From Candidatus Bathyarchaeota archaeon (GTDB taxonomy: Archaea > Thermoproteota > Bathyarchaeia > Bathyarchaeales > Bathycorpusculaceae): a DNA stretch of 64,000 bases. The notes under the pieces are model-generated. The model did no database searches. It was not told the DNA's origin and saw only the letters and a list, made by a program, of their open reading frames with translations. The position numbers and the translations under genes are program-made. Below are positions 30,799 to 41,037 of the stretch, one piece after another. The stretch covers positions 352,001 to 416,000 of the forward strand of contig CAVYES010000004.1 of NCBI GenBank assembly GCA_963767735.1, written 5' to 3'. The stretch's first letter is position 1. Each line of letters opens with the position of its first letter.

Positions 30799-31023
30799 TT
30801 TACCTTTATATTGTTTAAAGAAATCAACGAAAAAAACAATCTGACATTTGAAAACTTAAGCAAGTCCATTTACTTGAAGTATTCAGATATGATTTACTTC
30901 TTTTCTCTCCCTACTTTATCATCCCAAGTTTTATATCGCTGAGACCTCATGAAGTTGGTTAAAATAAAAGAAGGTTCAAATTTAAACGGGGAATAAACTA
31001 TTCAATTAAGAAAACTTCTGGCG

Positions 31024-31467
31024 TTGGTTCTGATAATATTTATTGTTGCTGGAAGTATAGGCGCTGTTCTGATTTTAAGCAAAAAACCTCCTTCTTCTTC
31101 TTCGTCTCCAATGGCTCATACGATTCAGATAGTGAATGGAACAGTCACGGTAAATGCCAGTGGCTACGTCGATTACGTCTTCTCTATTCCTCCGGGTTCC
31201 TCAAGCATTCATGTTTCAGGAAACTTTACGGTACAAGGCAACGGAGGCAGCGGCATCATTGTTTACATTTTTGACAGCACCAACTTTGACGATTATGAAA
31301 CAGGAGCTTACTTCGGCGCACTCTACCAAAGCTCACAAACTACAACAGCTCCAATTGATTCCAACCTTGACTCAAACGGAACCTACTACCTTGTACTGGA
31401 CAACACGTTATCGACAATCGCTCAAACCGTGAATATACAAGCGAGTGTTGCCTACTTTACGTCATGA
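31024..31467 (+). CDS. Membrane-anchored beta-sandwich protein (GOLD/emp24-like)
   Basis: N-terminal TM, Ser/Pro linker, GTYYLVLDN motif. Confidence 0.6.
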   Translation: MVLIIFIVAGSIGAVLILSKKPPSSSSSPMAHTIQIVNGTVTVNASGYVDYVFSIPPGSSSIHVSGNFTVQGNGGSGIIVYIFDSTNFDDYETGAYFGALYQSSQTTTAPIDSNLDSNGTYYLVLDNTLSTIAQTVNIQASVAYFTS

Positions 31468-31608
31468 GGAAAAGGACCTATCAGATCTTTGATCTAAAAA
31501 AATGAGAATATCCCGAGTTTCTTTTTATTCTGCGAAACATATTAGGGGCTAGAATAGCTCTATTAAAATCGAATGAGTGTTATCAATTATGTTTCATACA
31601 GTAGGTAA

Positions 31609-32526
31609 TTGCCCATGATAACGGTTATTGGCGCTGGCAAAGTAGGAAGCGCGGCTGCCTTCGACATTCTGCGCTACAAAATAAGCGACGTAGTCTTGAT
31701 TGACGCTAACGAAAACCAGGCGAAAGGTGAAGCCCTAGACATGATGCAGGCTGCACCAGCAATCGAATTTGACGGTAAAATCCATGGAACCAGCAACTAT
31801 GCGGAAATGCAGGGGTCAGAGCTTGTGATTGTGACAGCTGGGTTTGGCAGAAGGCCAGATATGACTCGCAGCGATCTTACGATTGCTAATGCACAAATCA
31901 TTCGATCAATCCTAAAAGAGGTCGTTAAGTATGCTTCTGACTGCAAGCTTATGATTGTTACAAACCCCGTTGACGTGATGACTTATGTTGCCTTCAAAGA
32001 AACTGGTTTTCCACGTAGCCGCTTGTTCGGCATGGGCAACATTCTTGATACAATACGCTTTAGAGCATACATTGCTAGTGAATTGGACGTTTCAAGAGAA
32101 GACACTAATGCTTTAGTTATCGGTGAACATGGCGATTCAATGGTTCCACTGGCGGAATACGCTTCGGTTTCGGGGATTCCCATAACAAATTTTCTGACAA
32201 AAGAGCAGATCGAAAAAATAATTCATTTAACGATAACCTCAGGTTCTGACGTTATCAAACTCAAAGGCTCAACAATCTATGCCCCCGGTACCGTAATTGC
32301 CATTACGGCTGATGCAATTCTAACGGGAAGAAATCGAGTTATGAGTGTATCCACATGCCTTGATGGCGAATATGGCCATTCAGACGTTTCAATTGGTGTA
32401 CCTGTTGTTCTTGGGAAAAGCGGGGTTGAAAAGGTAATTGAGCTTGAATTGTCAAATCAGACAAAAGAGCGCTTTGATAAGTCGGTTGTGGTGGTTAAAG
32501 AAGCGATAGCTGCGTTGAAGAGCTAA
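31609..32526 (+). CDS. mdh: Malate dehydrogenase (LDH-like)
   Basis: GAGKVG; TAGFGRRPDMTRSDL with Arg at the specificity position; TNPVD; LDTIRF; GEHG. Confidence 0.92.
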   Translation: MPMITVIGAGKVGSAAAFDILRYKISDVVLIDANENQAKGEALDMMQAAPAIEFDGKIHGTSNYAEMQGSELVIVTAGFGRRPDMTRSDLTIANAQIIRSILKEVVKYASDCKLMIVTNPVDVMTYVAFKETGFPRSRLFGMGNILDTIRFRAYIASELDVSREDTNALVIGEHGDSMVPLAEYASVSGIPITNFLTKEQIEKIIHLTITSGSDVIKLKGSTIYAPGTVIAITADAILTGRNRVMSVSTCLDGEYGHSDVSIGVPVVLGKSGVEKVIELELSNQTKERFDKSVVVVKEAIAALKS

Positions 32527-32567
32527 CACTAACCCGAGGACTTAATGTTTAAAATGATAGAGTGTGT

Positions 32568-32765
32568 TTAGCTGTGGATTTGCTTGGCACGTGCGCAGTA
32601 AAAGTTTCCATTAACTTTTGTGAATGCTGGGCATTTGCCATCATAACAGTGCTCGAGCCATTGGCATGGTGCTCTAACATCATATACGCGAGGCATGTAT
32701 CCTTGCGTGTTAAAACTTTCTTGGATTTTTTGTCGTTTAGAAACTTTTTCCAAAATTGTTTCCAT
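32568..32765 (-). CDS. Small Cys-rich hypothetical protein
   Basis: 65 aa with PCQWLEHCYDGKCPAF...YC; GAGGG RBS. Confidence 0.55.
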   Translation of the reverse strand: METILEKVSKRQKIQESFNTQGYMPRVYDVRAPCQWLEHCYDGKCPAFTKVNGNFYCARAKQIHS

Positions 32766-33003
32766 TAAAATTCCCTCAAAATTTTTAATTGAAATTAGTA
32801 AAGCTTCAATGGTGTTATTAAAAATGTGTGGCAGTCGCTAGGCAACAACAAAAGCATATAAGCACTAACTTGCGAAGAAAAAACAAGCGGAAAGCAGGTA
32901 AACTGTTATTTTGCGAGCGTGTGCCTTTAGCAATTTTGGTCGTTTTTGCCCATTTTTAGGTCAAGGTCATTGCTGGCAAAGGATAATTATATTTAGCAGT
33001 TAA

Positions 33004-33951
<948 letters not shown>

Positions 33952-33955
33952 GCTT

Positions 33956-36172
33956 TCATGTGGAAGTGAAGCGGTCGAATGTTGCCAGGTTGCTCATGGA
34001 GCCGCACGATGGACATTTATGTAATGTTCCAAGCCAGCTTTTTTTGCAGTTATCGCAGAAACTAATTATTCGATTGTAAGTGAAGAATTCCAAAGATTGG
34101 TTTTCAATTAAGCGACGGGTTAAATCCATTACTGCTTCAGGCTTAAACTCAGCGGTCCACAACTCTATAACGCCTAAGGCGCCGCCAGCGTTTAGTCCCT
34201 TCATTTTTTGCGTTGTCTCCAACATTTCAGATGGTAGGCTGAGGGGTTCGCCAGCTTTAACTTGGAATCTTTTTGTTGTTGAGTAATAGGGTTTTTCTCT
34301 TGTTCCTGAGAACTTTACTTTGGCTACACCGTATTTTTCGATATCTAATTGGGCTAGCCGCTCTGATGCTTCAGAATCGCTCAGTATAACGGGGTATAAG
34401 CGTTTTCCATGTTTCCTGCCGATTTTCTGCTTGAAAGCCAAAATATTCTGAATTGTTTCCTCGGCAAACTTTCGGCCCTCTTCCGAATTTATGCTTTTTT
34501 CTGTAAAAGCTTCTACGGCTTCTTTGAATCCAGCTAAATTTATTATCCGTGAACAATTTTCTATCCTGAAGTATGTGTCTCCATTGGTGTTTTTTAGCAG
34601 GAAAGGCAACGAGTTTTTTCCAAATTGCTTAAGGGCAGTGTTTTTTACTCCTAAAGTTCGGGCGGCAAGTTCAAAACGTTCCCTTACCAAATCGAAAAAT
34701 TTGTTCTTGTCTTTCTCACTTTCTTGAGCGATTCTTGGCAAATTAATTGTTACACAGCCAAGGCAGCCTGTGCGGAGAGTGTCGGTTTCCCAGTCTCCAG
34801 TAAAATCAGATGCAAGTTTAACTCCTGAGGCGGAAAAAACCGTGTTTTCTGCTTCTTTTCTTACGGTGTTTGCAAAGTACGGTATTCCTTTTTCAGCTGC
34901 CAACTGGTGAACTTTGAGGAGAACCGCTTTCGCGTATTCACCTGCCAAGTCGTCTTTGCCAATTTTTATGACCAGTTTGGGGTTGAACAGTGGCTTCTGA
35001 GAACTCTCTTCGGTGAAGATTTCAATTATAAGTGACGCTAACAGTTGGCTTTCTTGGATGAAGTCCCCGTATTTGCCGCATATTTTTCCCTGAGGGCCAT
35101 ATGCTTCTTTTTCTGAGATTAATTTTGGAATTGAAAGCTCAAGCCCCAACGTTGCATTGGCATTCTGATTTAGGTTTAAGATGAATAAACGTAGGTTTTC
35201 CTTGATTCGTGATGTTTCAGCGTTTTTTGCAAAAGGTGCGAGAAAAACGTTGAAGTGGTCGCAGGTTTGAGTTCGGTTTGTTTCTTTGTTAGCATGCAGA
35301 AGAACGTTGAAGGCAACTGCCAACGCTGATTCAAAGTTGCTCGGAGACTCCATTGAAACTTGCTGTGGATTATTGAGTTTGAGGCCGTTTTGGAAGAAAA
35401 ACCTTAGGTCATGGCTGATTTCGTCTGGTTTTAGTATCCATGTGCCTAAGTTGTCGATGTGGATGGTGCCTGATAGGTGAGCGTCAGCTATGTCTCTTGG
35501 GAAAACGTTTAGCAGGGTGTACTCGCCAAGGACGGTTTGGCCTGCTTTTGTAAGCAATGTTGCGGAGTCAGCGGGGTCGTCTTTTGACTCCAATGAAGTG
35601 GTTACCTCATGTACGGGCATGCCAACTCTTGTGAGTTTATGGCGGTACTCCTCATAGCCTTTCTCAACCAAAATCCCGTTCACAATTTCCCTGATTAGGG
35701 CTGCTGTTAGGTACTTTGTTTTTGATTTAACCAGGCGTTTTTCCGCTTCTTTAGCCGCTTTCTGCGCTAATTCAGCTGGAACTTTTGCTTCTTTTATGAG
35801 TGAATTTGCTATTTTGTTTGCATCAAACTCTTCCATTGTTAAATGTGAAGTGCGTACAAGCATACCTCTGGGTTTAACCGCTTTCTTCTCAACACGGTCA
35901 GCTACGTCAAGAACCATTTTGCCAAGGTCAGTTAAATAGTATTTTTTTGATTCAACATCCGCTTCCACCAAATCTGCTTTTAACAGGAATTTTAAATGAT
36001 AAGCGAACCTGCCGGCGTCTCGGCTGGGATTCATTTTTAGCTGGTTCATCAGTTCAGTGTATGAGAGAGCGCTTTTGTCGAATAACAGGTTGAGGATTTG
36101 CAGTCTAAGAGGTGAAGAAACGGCTTTAAGCACTTTAACGCCGCGTGCACGTTGCGGAGGCTGATTTACCAT
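33956..36172 (-). CDS. ArsR-type wHTH + ATP-cone + class III ribonucleotide reductase (NrdD)-like protein lacking catalytic motifs
   Basis: HTH LKAVSSPLRLQIL...YHLKFL...YYLTDLG; ATP cone LVRTS...EEFDANKI; NrdD landmarks DAHLSGTIHI, FNVFLAPF, GDWETDTLRTG, TINLPR, PYYS and CxxC..CxxC. Likely start is ATG 36172. Confidence 0.85.
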   Translation of the reverse strand: MVNQPPQRARGVKVLKAVSSPLRLQILNLLFDKSALSYTELMNQLKMNPSRDAGRFAYHLKFLLKADLVEADVESKKYYLTDLGKMVLDVADRVEKKAVKPRGMLVRTSHLTMEEFDANKIANSLIKEAKVPAELAQKAAKEAEKRLVKSKTKYLTAALIREIVNGILVEKGYEEYRHKLTRVGMPVHEVTTSLESKDDPADSATLLTKAGQTVLGEYTLLNVFPRDIADAHLSGTIHIDNLGTWILKPDEISHDLRFFFQNGLKLNNPQQVSMESPSNFESALAVAFNVLLHANKETNRTQTCDHFNVFLAPFAKNAETSRIKENLRLFILNLNQNANATLGLELSIPKLISEKEAYGPQGKICGKYGDFIQESQLLASLIIEIFTEESSQKPLFNPKLVIKIGKDDLAGEYAKAVLLKVHQLAAEKGIPYFANTVRKEAENTVFSASGVKLASDFTGDWETDTLRTGCLGCVTINLPRIAQESEKDKNKFFDLVRERFELAARTLGVKNTALKQFGKNSLPFLLKNTNGDTYFRIENCSRIINLAGFKEAVEAFTEKSINSEEGRKFAEETIQNILAFKQKIGRKHGKRLYPVILSDSEASERLAQLDIEKYGVAKVKFSGTREKPYYSTTKRFQVKAGEPLSLPSEMLETTQKMKGLNAGGALGVIELWTAEFKPEAVMDLTRRLIENQSLEFFTYNRIISFCDNCKKSWLGTLHKCPSCGSMSNLATFDRFTST

Positions 36173-36465
36173 AACCCTTTTCCCTAGACTCCCCGATTGG
36201 TGCTCTACGCATAATTGCAATGCAGAGTTTAAACTTAACTACCTCCTTATTTTCTCATTTAGCGTATTCTTTGGTGAAAAATGGCTCATTCTGCCGCTAT
36301 TTTCAGGCGACTTCCCCTGTTACCTTAGCCTAGACAGAGGCGTAATGAGTCGCGGTATTAAGGAAAGAGTTAAAATGCAGTAAAATGATAAGCGTGCTGA
36401 TTTGACACCAAGGGAGATGCAAATAGTCTATTAACTTAAGGGATAAAGGGAATAATTTTCATCTT

Positions 36466-37127
36466 GGTGAGTTTCTTGGGTCAATGCTCTTGTTATTGCT
36501 TCAATTTCACCAGCTATTCTTTTTTACCAAATCCTAAAAACTGATCTTGCTTTGGCTGTCTTGGCAGGTGCGATTGCTACTGGTTTTACTTTATTTGCTT
36601 TAATTGAGATTTTTTCGCTAGTTTGTACTGCGCTTTTTAATCCAGCTGTAACCCTAGTATTTGCTATTGATGGCAAATTGACATGGAAGCAAGCGGGGAT
36701 TTATAGTGTAACTCAAATATTAGGAGGACTTGCAGGTCTTTTAATTTCTCAATTAATGTTTTATGATAAGATTCCCAAGCTATTTGTAATATCTAATATT
36801 TCTCGTTCAGGCGGAAGTTTTGTTGCTGAAATTCTTGTTACTTTTTTTCTTGTGATTGCCGTTTGTTCTTTGAAGGAACAAAAGTCAAACAAAATGTCGC
36901 TTGTTATCGGTTTTCTTGTTGTAGGCATGAGCCTTGCAACTTCCAGCACCATGTTTGCGAATCCTCAAGTCACCATTGCTAGAATGTTTACTTATTCTGC
37001 AGCAGGAATAACTCCTCTTGACGGCTTAGTTTTTATCGCAATGCAAATTATTGGGGCTGTTTTGGCTGTTTTCGCGTGGAGAAGCATGCGCCTCACATGC
37101 TTTGACTACAAGTGCCAAAATTCCTAA
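36466..37127 (+). pseudogene. MIP/aquaporin-family channel (NPA + NPQ), 5' frameshift
   Basis: FNPAVT and FANPQVTIARMFT motifs. The first-helix GEFLGSM (36466) is in a different frame from the rest, with the shift near 36485-36490. Confidence 0.65.
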
Positions 37128-37237
37128 GCCCCAGAAGCGGCTATCCCGCCAGCGTATTTTTTGCATCTCGACAGAAAAAAAGCACAAACCGCAAAAGCCT
37201 TTTATTCGTATTCTGTTTAAGGTAGCTTTAAACGTAC

Positions 37238-40200
37238 TTGAAAGGGTTTACAATGGCTTCTTTTGGTAAAGGCAAAGAAAATCTTAGAAAGAAAGTTGAA
37301 AGTAATCAAACGGTTGTCAATCGCAAGAAAGCAGAGGTAGCTTTGGCAAGGCAGGCTGAGCTTATTGATCTTAGTCCCAATGCCATAATGGTCAGGACAT
37401 TTGAGGGTGTTATTACTTTTTGGAGTAAGGGTGCGGAGAAGCTGTATGGTTGGACAAAAGATGAAGCCATTGGCCAAGTAACTCACACACTATTTAAGAC
37501 GAAATTTTCAGTGCCGCTTGAAGAGATTGAAAAAATGCAGAAGCTGGAAGGCAAGTGGTCGGGTGAACTTACCCAAACACGCAAAGACGGCGGCAAAGTG
37601 GTTGTTCAGAGTTATCAGTTGTGCCAGTTTGTTGCAGACGGCAAAATAGTGGAAATATTAGAGTCGAATGTTGATATTACTGAGCGAAAGAAAGCGGAGG
37701 AAGCTACAGCAAGGCAAGCTGAGCTTATCGACCTTAGTCCCGATGCAATAGTTGTTAGGACATTTGAGGGTGTTATTACTTTTTGGAGTAAGGGTGCGGA
37801 GAAGCTCTATGGTTGGACAAAAGACGAGGCATTGGGCAAAGTTACTCATAGATTGCTTAAGACGGAATTTCCATTACCGCTTGAAGAGATTGAAAACAAG
37901 CAAAAGCTGGAAGGCAAGTGGTCGGGTGAACTTACCCACACACGCAAAGACGGCGGTAAAGTGGTTGTGCAGAGTTTCCAGTTGGGTCAGTTTAGTGTCG
38001 ACGGCAAAATTGAAAGCATTCTCGAATCAAACATAGACATTACTGAACACAAGCAACAAGAGCGCGAAGTTAAAAATCTCGCAAAGTTTCCCTCCGAAAA
38101 TCCTAATCCAGTATTCCGTTTAGACGGAAAAGGCACAATTCTGTATGGCAACCAAGCCGGAACTTCTTTTTTGACTGCGTGGAAGAGCAAGGTGGGCGGA
38201 CGTGTACCTAAACACATAAGTCGGCTTGTTGCCGATGCCTTAGCATCCGATAAGAATGTTGAGGTTGAAGAAACATTTGGCGCTAAGACATTTTCAATCT
38301 TGTTTGCGCCTGTCACCTTGGAAGGATACGTAAATATTTACGCGACCGACATCACTGCGCGCAAGAAGGCGGAGGAATCACTTAAAGAAAGTGAACGTCT
38401 TTATCGCAAAGTGTTTGATAATAGTCAAGACGGTTTTCAGCTAATTGAGTTAATATATGATGAGAATGGAGAACCGTACGACCACAAGTTTTTGAGAGTT
38501 AACCGTGCTTATGAAAAAATAATAGGTGCTAAAGCAAAAGATGTTATAGGCAAGACGGCAAGGCATATCTCTCCAAACTGTGAGTCTTACTGGTTTGAAA
38601 TTCCTGCACGAGTTGCTAAGACTGGAAGATCAGAACATGTTGAACTTTATAATAAAAACATAAACAAATACTTAGACTGTTACTATTTCTCGTATTCCGA
38701 AAACGCAGTTGGTACACTTTTTAGAGACGTGACTGGAAGCAAGCAAGCTCAACAAGCAATTGAAAGGCAGGCTTCACTTATCGATCTTAGTCCTGACGGC
38801 ATTATGGTTAAGAGGCCTGATGACACTGTCACTTTTTGGAGTCAGGGCGCCGAGAAACTTTACGGTTGGACCAAAGAAGAAGCCATAGGTCGAAAGACCC
38901 GAGAACTTTTCATGACTTCGTTTCCGGTTTCCTTGGCTGAGATTGTTGGTCAACTTAAGCTCATTGGGAAGTGGTCAGGAGAGCTTATCCATCATGCGAA
39001 GAATGGGAATGAAGTCATAGTTCAAAGCTCTTGGCTCGCCACATTTGATAAGCAGGGCGAATTAACCGAAATTCTCGAATCTAACGTAGATATAGGTGAA
39101 CGTAAGCAGGCTGAGGAGAGGGTGCGTGCGGCTTCGCTTTATTCAAGAACCCTGATTGAAGCGAGTCTTGATCCGCTCGTAACAATCAGTGCCGAAGGCA
39201 AAATAACCGACGTAAACAAAGCAACTGAAGACGCAACTGGCTGTTCTCGTGAACAACTTATAGGCAGCGATTTCTCGAACTATTTTACTGATTCTGAAAA
39301 AGCCAGAAAAGGTTACCGTCAAGTGTTCTCAGAGGGTTTTGTAATTGACTACCCGCTTTCGTTGTGTCATAAATCAGGGAAAGTAATTGATGTTGTTTAT
39401 AATGCAACAGTTTACAGAAATGAAAGAGGCGAAATTCAAGGTGTCTTTGCTGCGGCACGCGATATCACACAACAGAAAAAAGCTGAAGAGCAACTGCGGG
39501 CGGCGTCTCTGTATTCACGGAGCCTGATTGAGGCAAGCCTTGACCCCCTGGTAACTATTAATGTTGTGGGCAAAATCACGGACGTAAACGAATCCACCGA
39601 AGAAGTCACTGGATGCGCCCGCGAGGAACTAATCGGTAGCGACTTTTCTGATTATTTTACCGAACCAAAGAAAGCTAAAGCGGGATATAGGAGAGTATTC
39701 ACTGAGGGCTATGTTAAAGACTACCCCCTTGCGATTCGTCATAAATCAGGCAGAATAACAGATGTGCTGTATAACGCTAGCCTTTATCGGAACGAGGCAG
39801 GTGAGATTCAGGGTGTTTTTGCAGCAGCAAGAGACATCACCGAACGCAAAGCGATGGAGAACGAAATCAAAGAAACAATGGAAAAACTTCAACTATCTAA
39901 TGCCGAACTGGAACAATTCGCGTATGTAGCATCGCATGATTTGCAAGAGCCTTTGCGTATGGTAGCAAGTTATGTTCAGCTGTTAGAGCGTAGATATAAA
40001 GGGAAACTAGACCCAGAGGCTGACGAGTTCATCGCCTACGCCGTGGACGGTGCCAACCGAATGCGAGGCTTAATTGATGACCTCCTAACTTACTCGCGGG
40101 TTAGCAGACTTGGCAAGCCCTTTGAACCAACAAACCTTGAATCAACGCTTGACGCCGCTCTTAAGAACCTGAAAGTATCCATTGCTGAAAACGGTGCAGT

Positions 40201-40597
40201 GGTGACGCATGATAAGCTCCCCGTAGTTATGGCTGATGGGGGGCAGCTTGTTCAGCTGCTTCAAAATTTGATTGGCAACGCCATAAAGTTCCATGGTAAG
40301 GAGCTGCCGCGTGTTCACGTATCAGCTAAGTCTCAAGAAAAAGACTATTTGTTCTCCGTGAAGGATAACGGCATTGGCATAGCACCTGAATACTATAATA
40401 GACTTTTCAAGATTTTCCAGCGCCTTCACACCCGAGAGGAATATCCTGGCTTAGGAATTGGCCTTGCAGTCTGCAAAAGAATCGTTGAGCGCCATGGCGG
40501 ACGTATCTGGATTGAGTCGCAGGTAGGGAAAGGTTCAACTATCTATTTTACATTAAACAAACAAAAAGGAGTGATTAAGCAAAATGAAAAGGATTGA
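37238..40597 (+). CDS. Multi-PAS cytoplasmic sensor histidine kinase (Cph1-like HisKA)
   Basis: About seven PAS/PAC units; H-box FAYVASHDLQEPLR; N-box NLIGNAIKF; G boxes DNGIG and GIGLA. Confidence 0.95.
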   Translation: MKGFTMASFGKGKENLRKKVESNQTVVNRKKAEVALARQAELIDLSPNAIMVRTFEGVITFWSKGAEKLYGWTKDEAIGQVTHTLFKTKFSVPLEEIEKMQKLEGKWSGELTQTRKDGGKVVVQSYQLCQFVADGKIVEILESNVDITERKKAEEATARQAELIDLSPDAIVVRTFEGVITFWSKGAEKLYGWTKDEALGKVTHRLLKTEFPLPLEEIENKQKLEGKWSGELTHTRKDGGKVVVQSFQLGQFSVDGKIESILESNIDITEHKQQEREVKNLAKFPSENPNPVFRLDGKGTILYGNQAGTSFLTAWKSKVGGRVPKHISRLVADALASDKNVEVEETFGAKTFSILFAPVTLEGYVNIYATDITARKKAEESLKESERLYRKVFDNSQDGFQLIELIYDENGEPYDHKFLRVNRAYEKIIGAKAKDVIGKTARHISPNCESYWFEIPARVAKTGRSEHVELYNKNINKYLDCYYFSYSENAVGTLFRDVTGSKQAQQAIERQASLIDLSPDGIMVKRPDDTVTFWSQGAEKLYGWTKEEAIGRKTRELFMTSFPVSLAEIVGQLKLIGKWSGELIHHAKNGNEVIVQSSWLATFDKQGELTEILESNVDIGERKQAEERVRAASLYSRTLIEASLDPLVTISAEGKITDVNKATEDATGCSREQLIGSDFSNYFTDSEKARKGYRQVFSEGFVIDYPLSLCHKSGKVIDVVYNATVYRNERGEIQGVFAAARDITQQKKAEEQLRAASLYSRSLIEASLDPLVTINVVGKITDVNESTEEVTGCAREELIGSDFSDYFTEPKKAKAGYRRVFTEGYVKDYPLAIRHKSGRITDVLYNASLYRNEAGEIQGVFAAARDITERKAMENEIKETMEKLQLSNAELEQFAYVASHDLQEPLRMVASYVQLLERRYKGKLDPEADEFIAYAVDGANRMRGLIDDLLTYSRVSRLGKPFEPTNLESTLDAALKNLKVSIAENGAVVTHDKLPVVMADGGQLVQLLQNLIGNAIKFHGKELPRVHVSAKSQEKDYLFSVKDNGIGIAPEYYNRLFKIFQRLHTREEYPGLGIGLAVCKRIVERHGGRIWIESQVGKGSTIYFTLNKQKGVIKQNEKD
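37346..38071 (+). repeat. Tandem 363-bp intragenic duplication of a PAS-PAC unit
   Basis: Copies start at 37346 and 37709 and share long identical nucleotide stretches. Confidence 0.8.
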
Positions 40598-41030
40598 CGC
40601 AACAGCAGTGGACATTTTATTAGTGGAAGACAACCCTGGAGACGTTCGCTTAACCAAAGAAGCCTTGAAAGACGCAAAAGTGCTAAACGAAATTTACGTG
40701 GCTAGAGACGGCGTTGAAGCAATGGAATTCTTGAACAAAAAAGGATCATTTAAAGAAGCTCCTACTCCCGACATGATTCTATTAGACTTAAACTTGCCAA
40801 GAAAAGATGGGCGCGAAGTCCTAGCTGAAATTAAAAAAGACCCAAAACTCAAGCATATTCCTGTGATTATCCTGACAACATCCAAGGCTGACGAAGACAT
40901 TGTCAAGACATACAATTTACACGCAAACGCCTACATTACCAAACCAGTTGACTTAAACCGATTCGTTGAGATTATGCATGCTCTGGAAGAGTTCTGGTTT
41001 ACAATAGTAAAACTGCCACCAAAGGAGTAA
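40584..41030 (+). CDS. Single-domain response regulator (Rcp1-like)
   Basis: LLVEDN, LLDLNLP, LTTS, YITKP. Confidence 0.95.
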   Translation: MKRIDATAVDILLVEDNPGDVRLTKEALKDAKVLNEIYVARDGVEAMEFLNKKGSFKEAPTPDMILLDLNLPRKDGREVLAEIKKDPKLKHIPVIILTTSKADEDIVKTYNLHANAYITKPVDLNRFVEIMHALEEFWFTIVKLPPKE

Positions 41031-41037
41031 CTAAAAA

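Noticed and set aside
33956-36220. Annotation as a functional nrdD
   Set aside because: The glycyl-radical loop and finger-loop Cys are not visible, so the gene symbol is withheld. The TTG start at 36220 adds only a non-domain leader.
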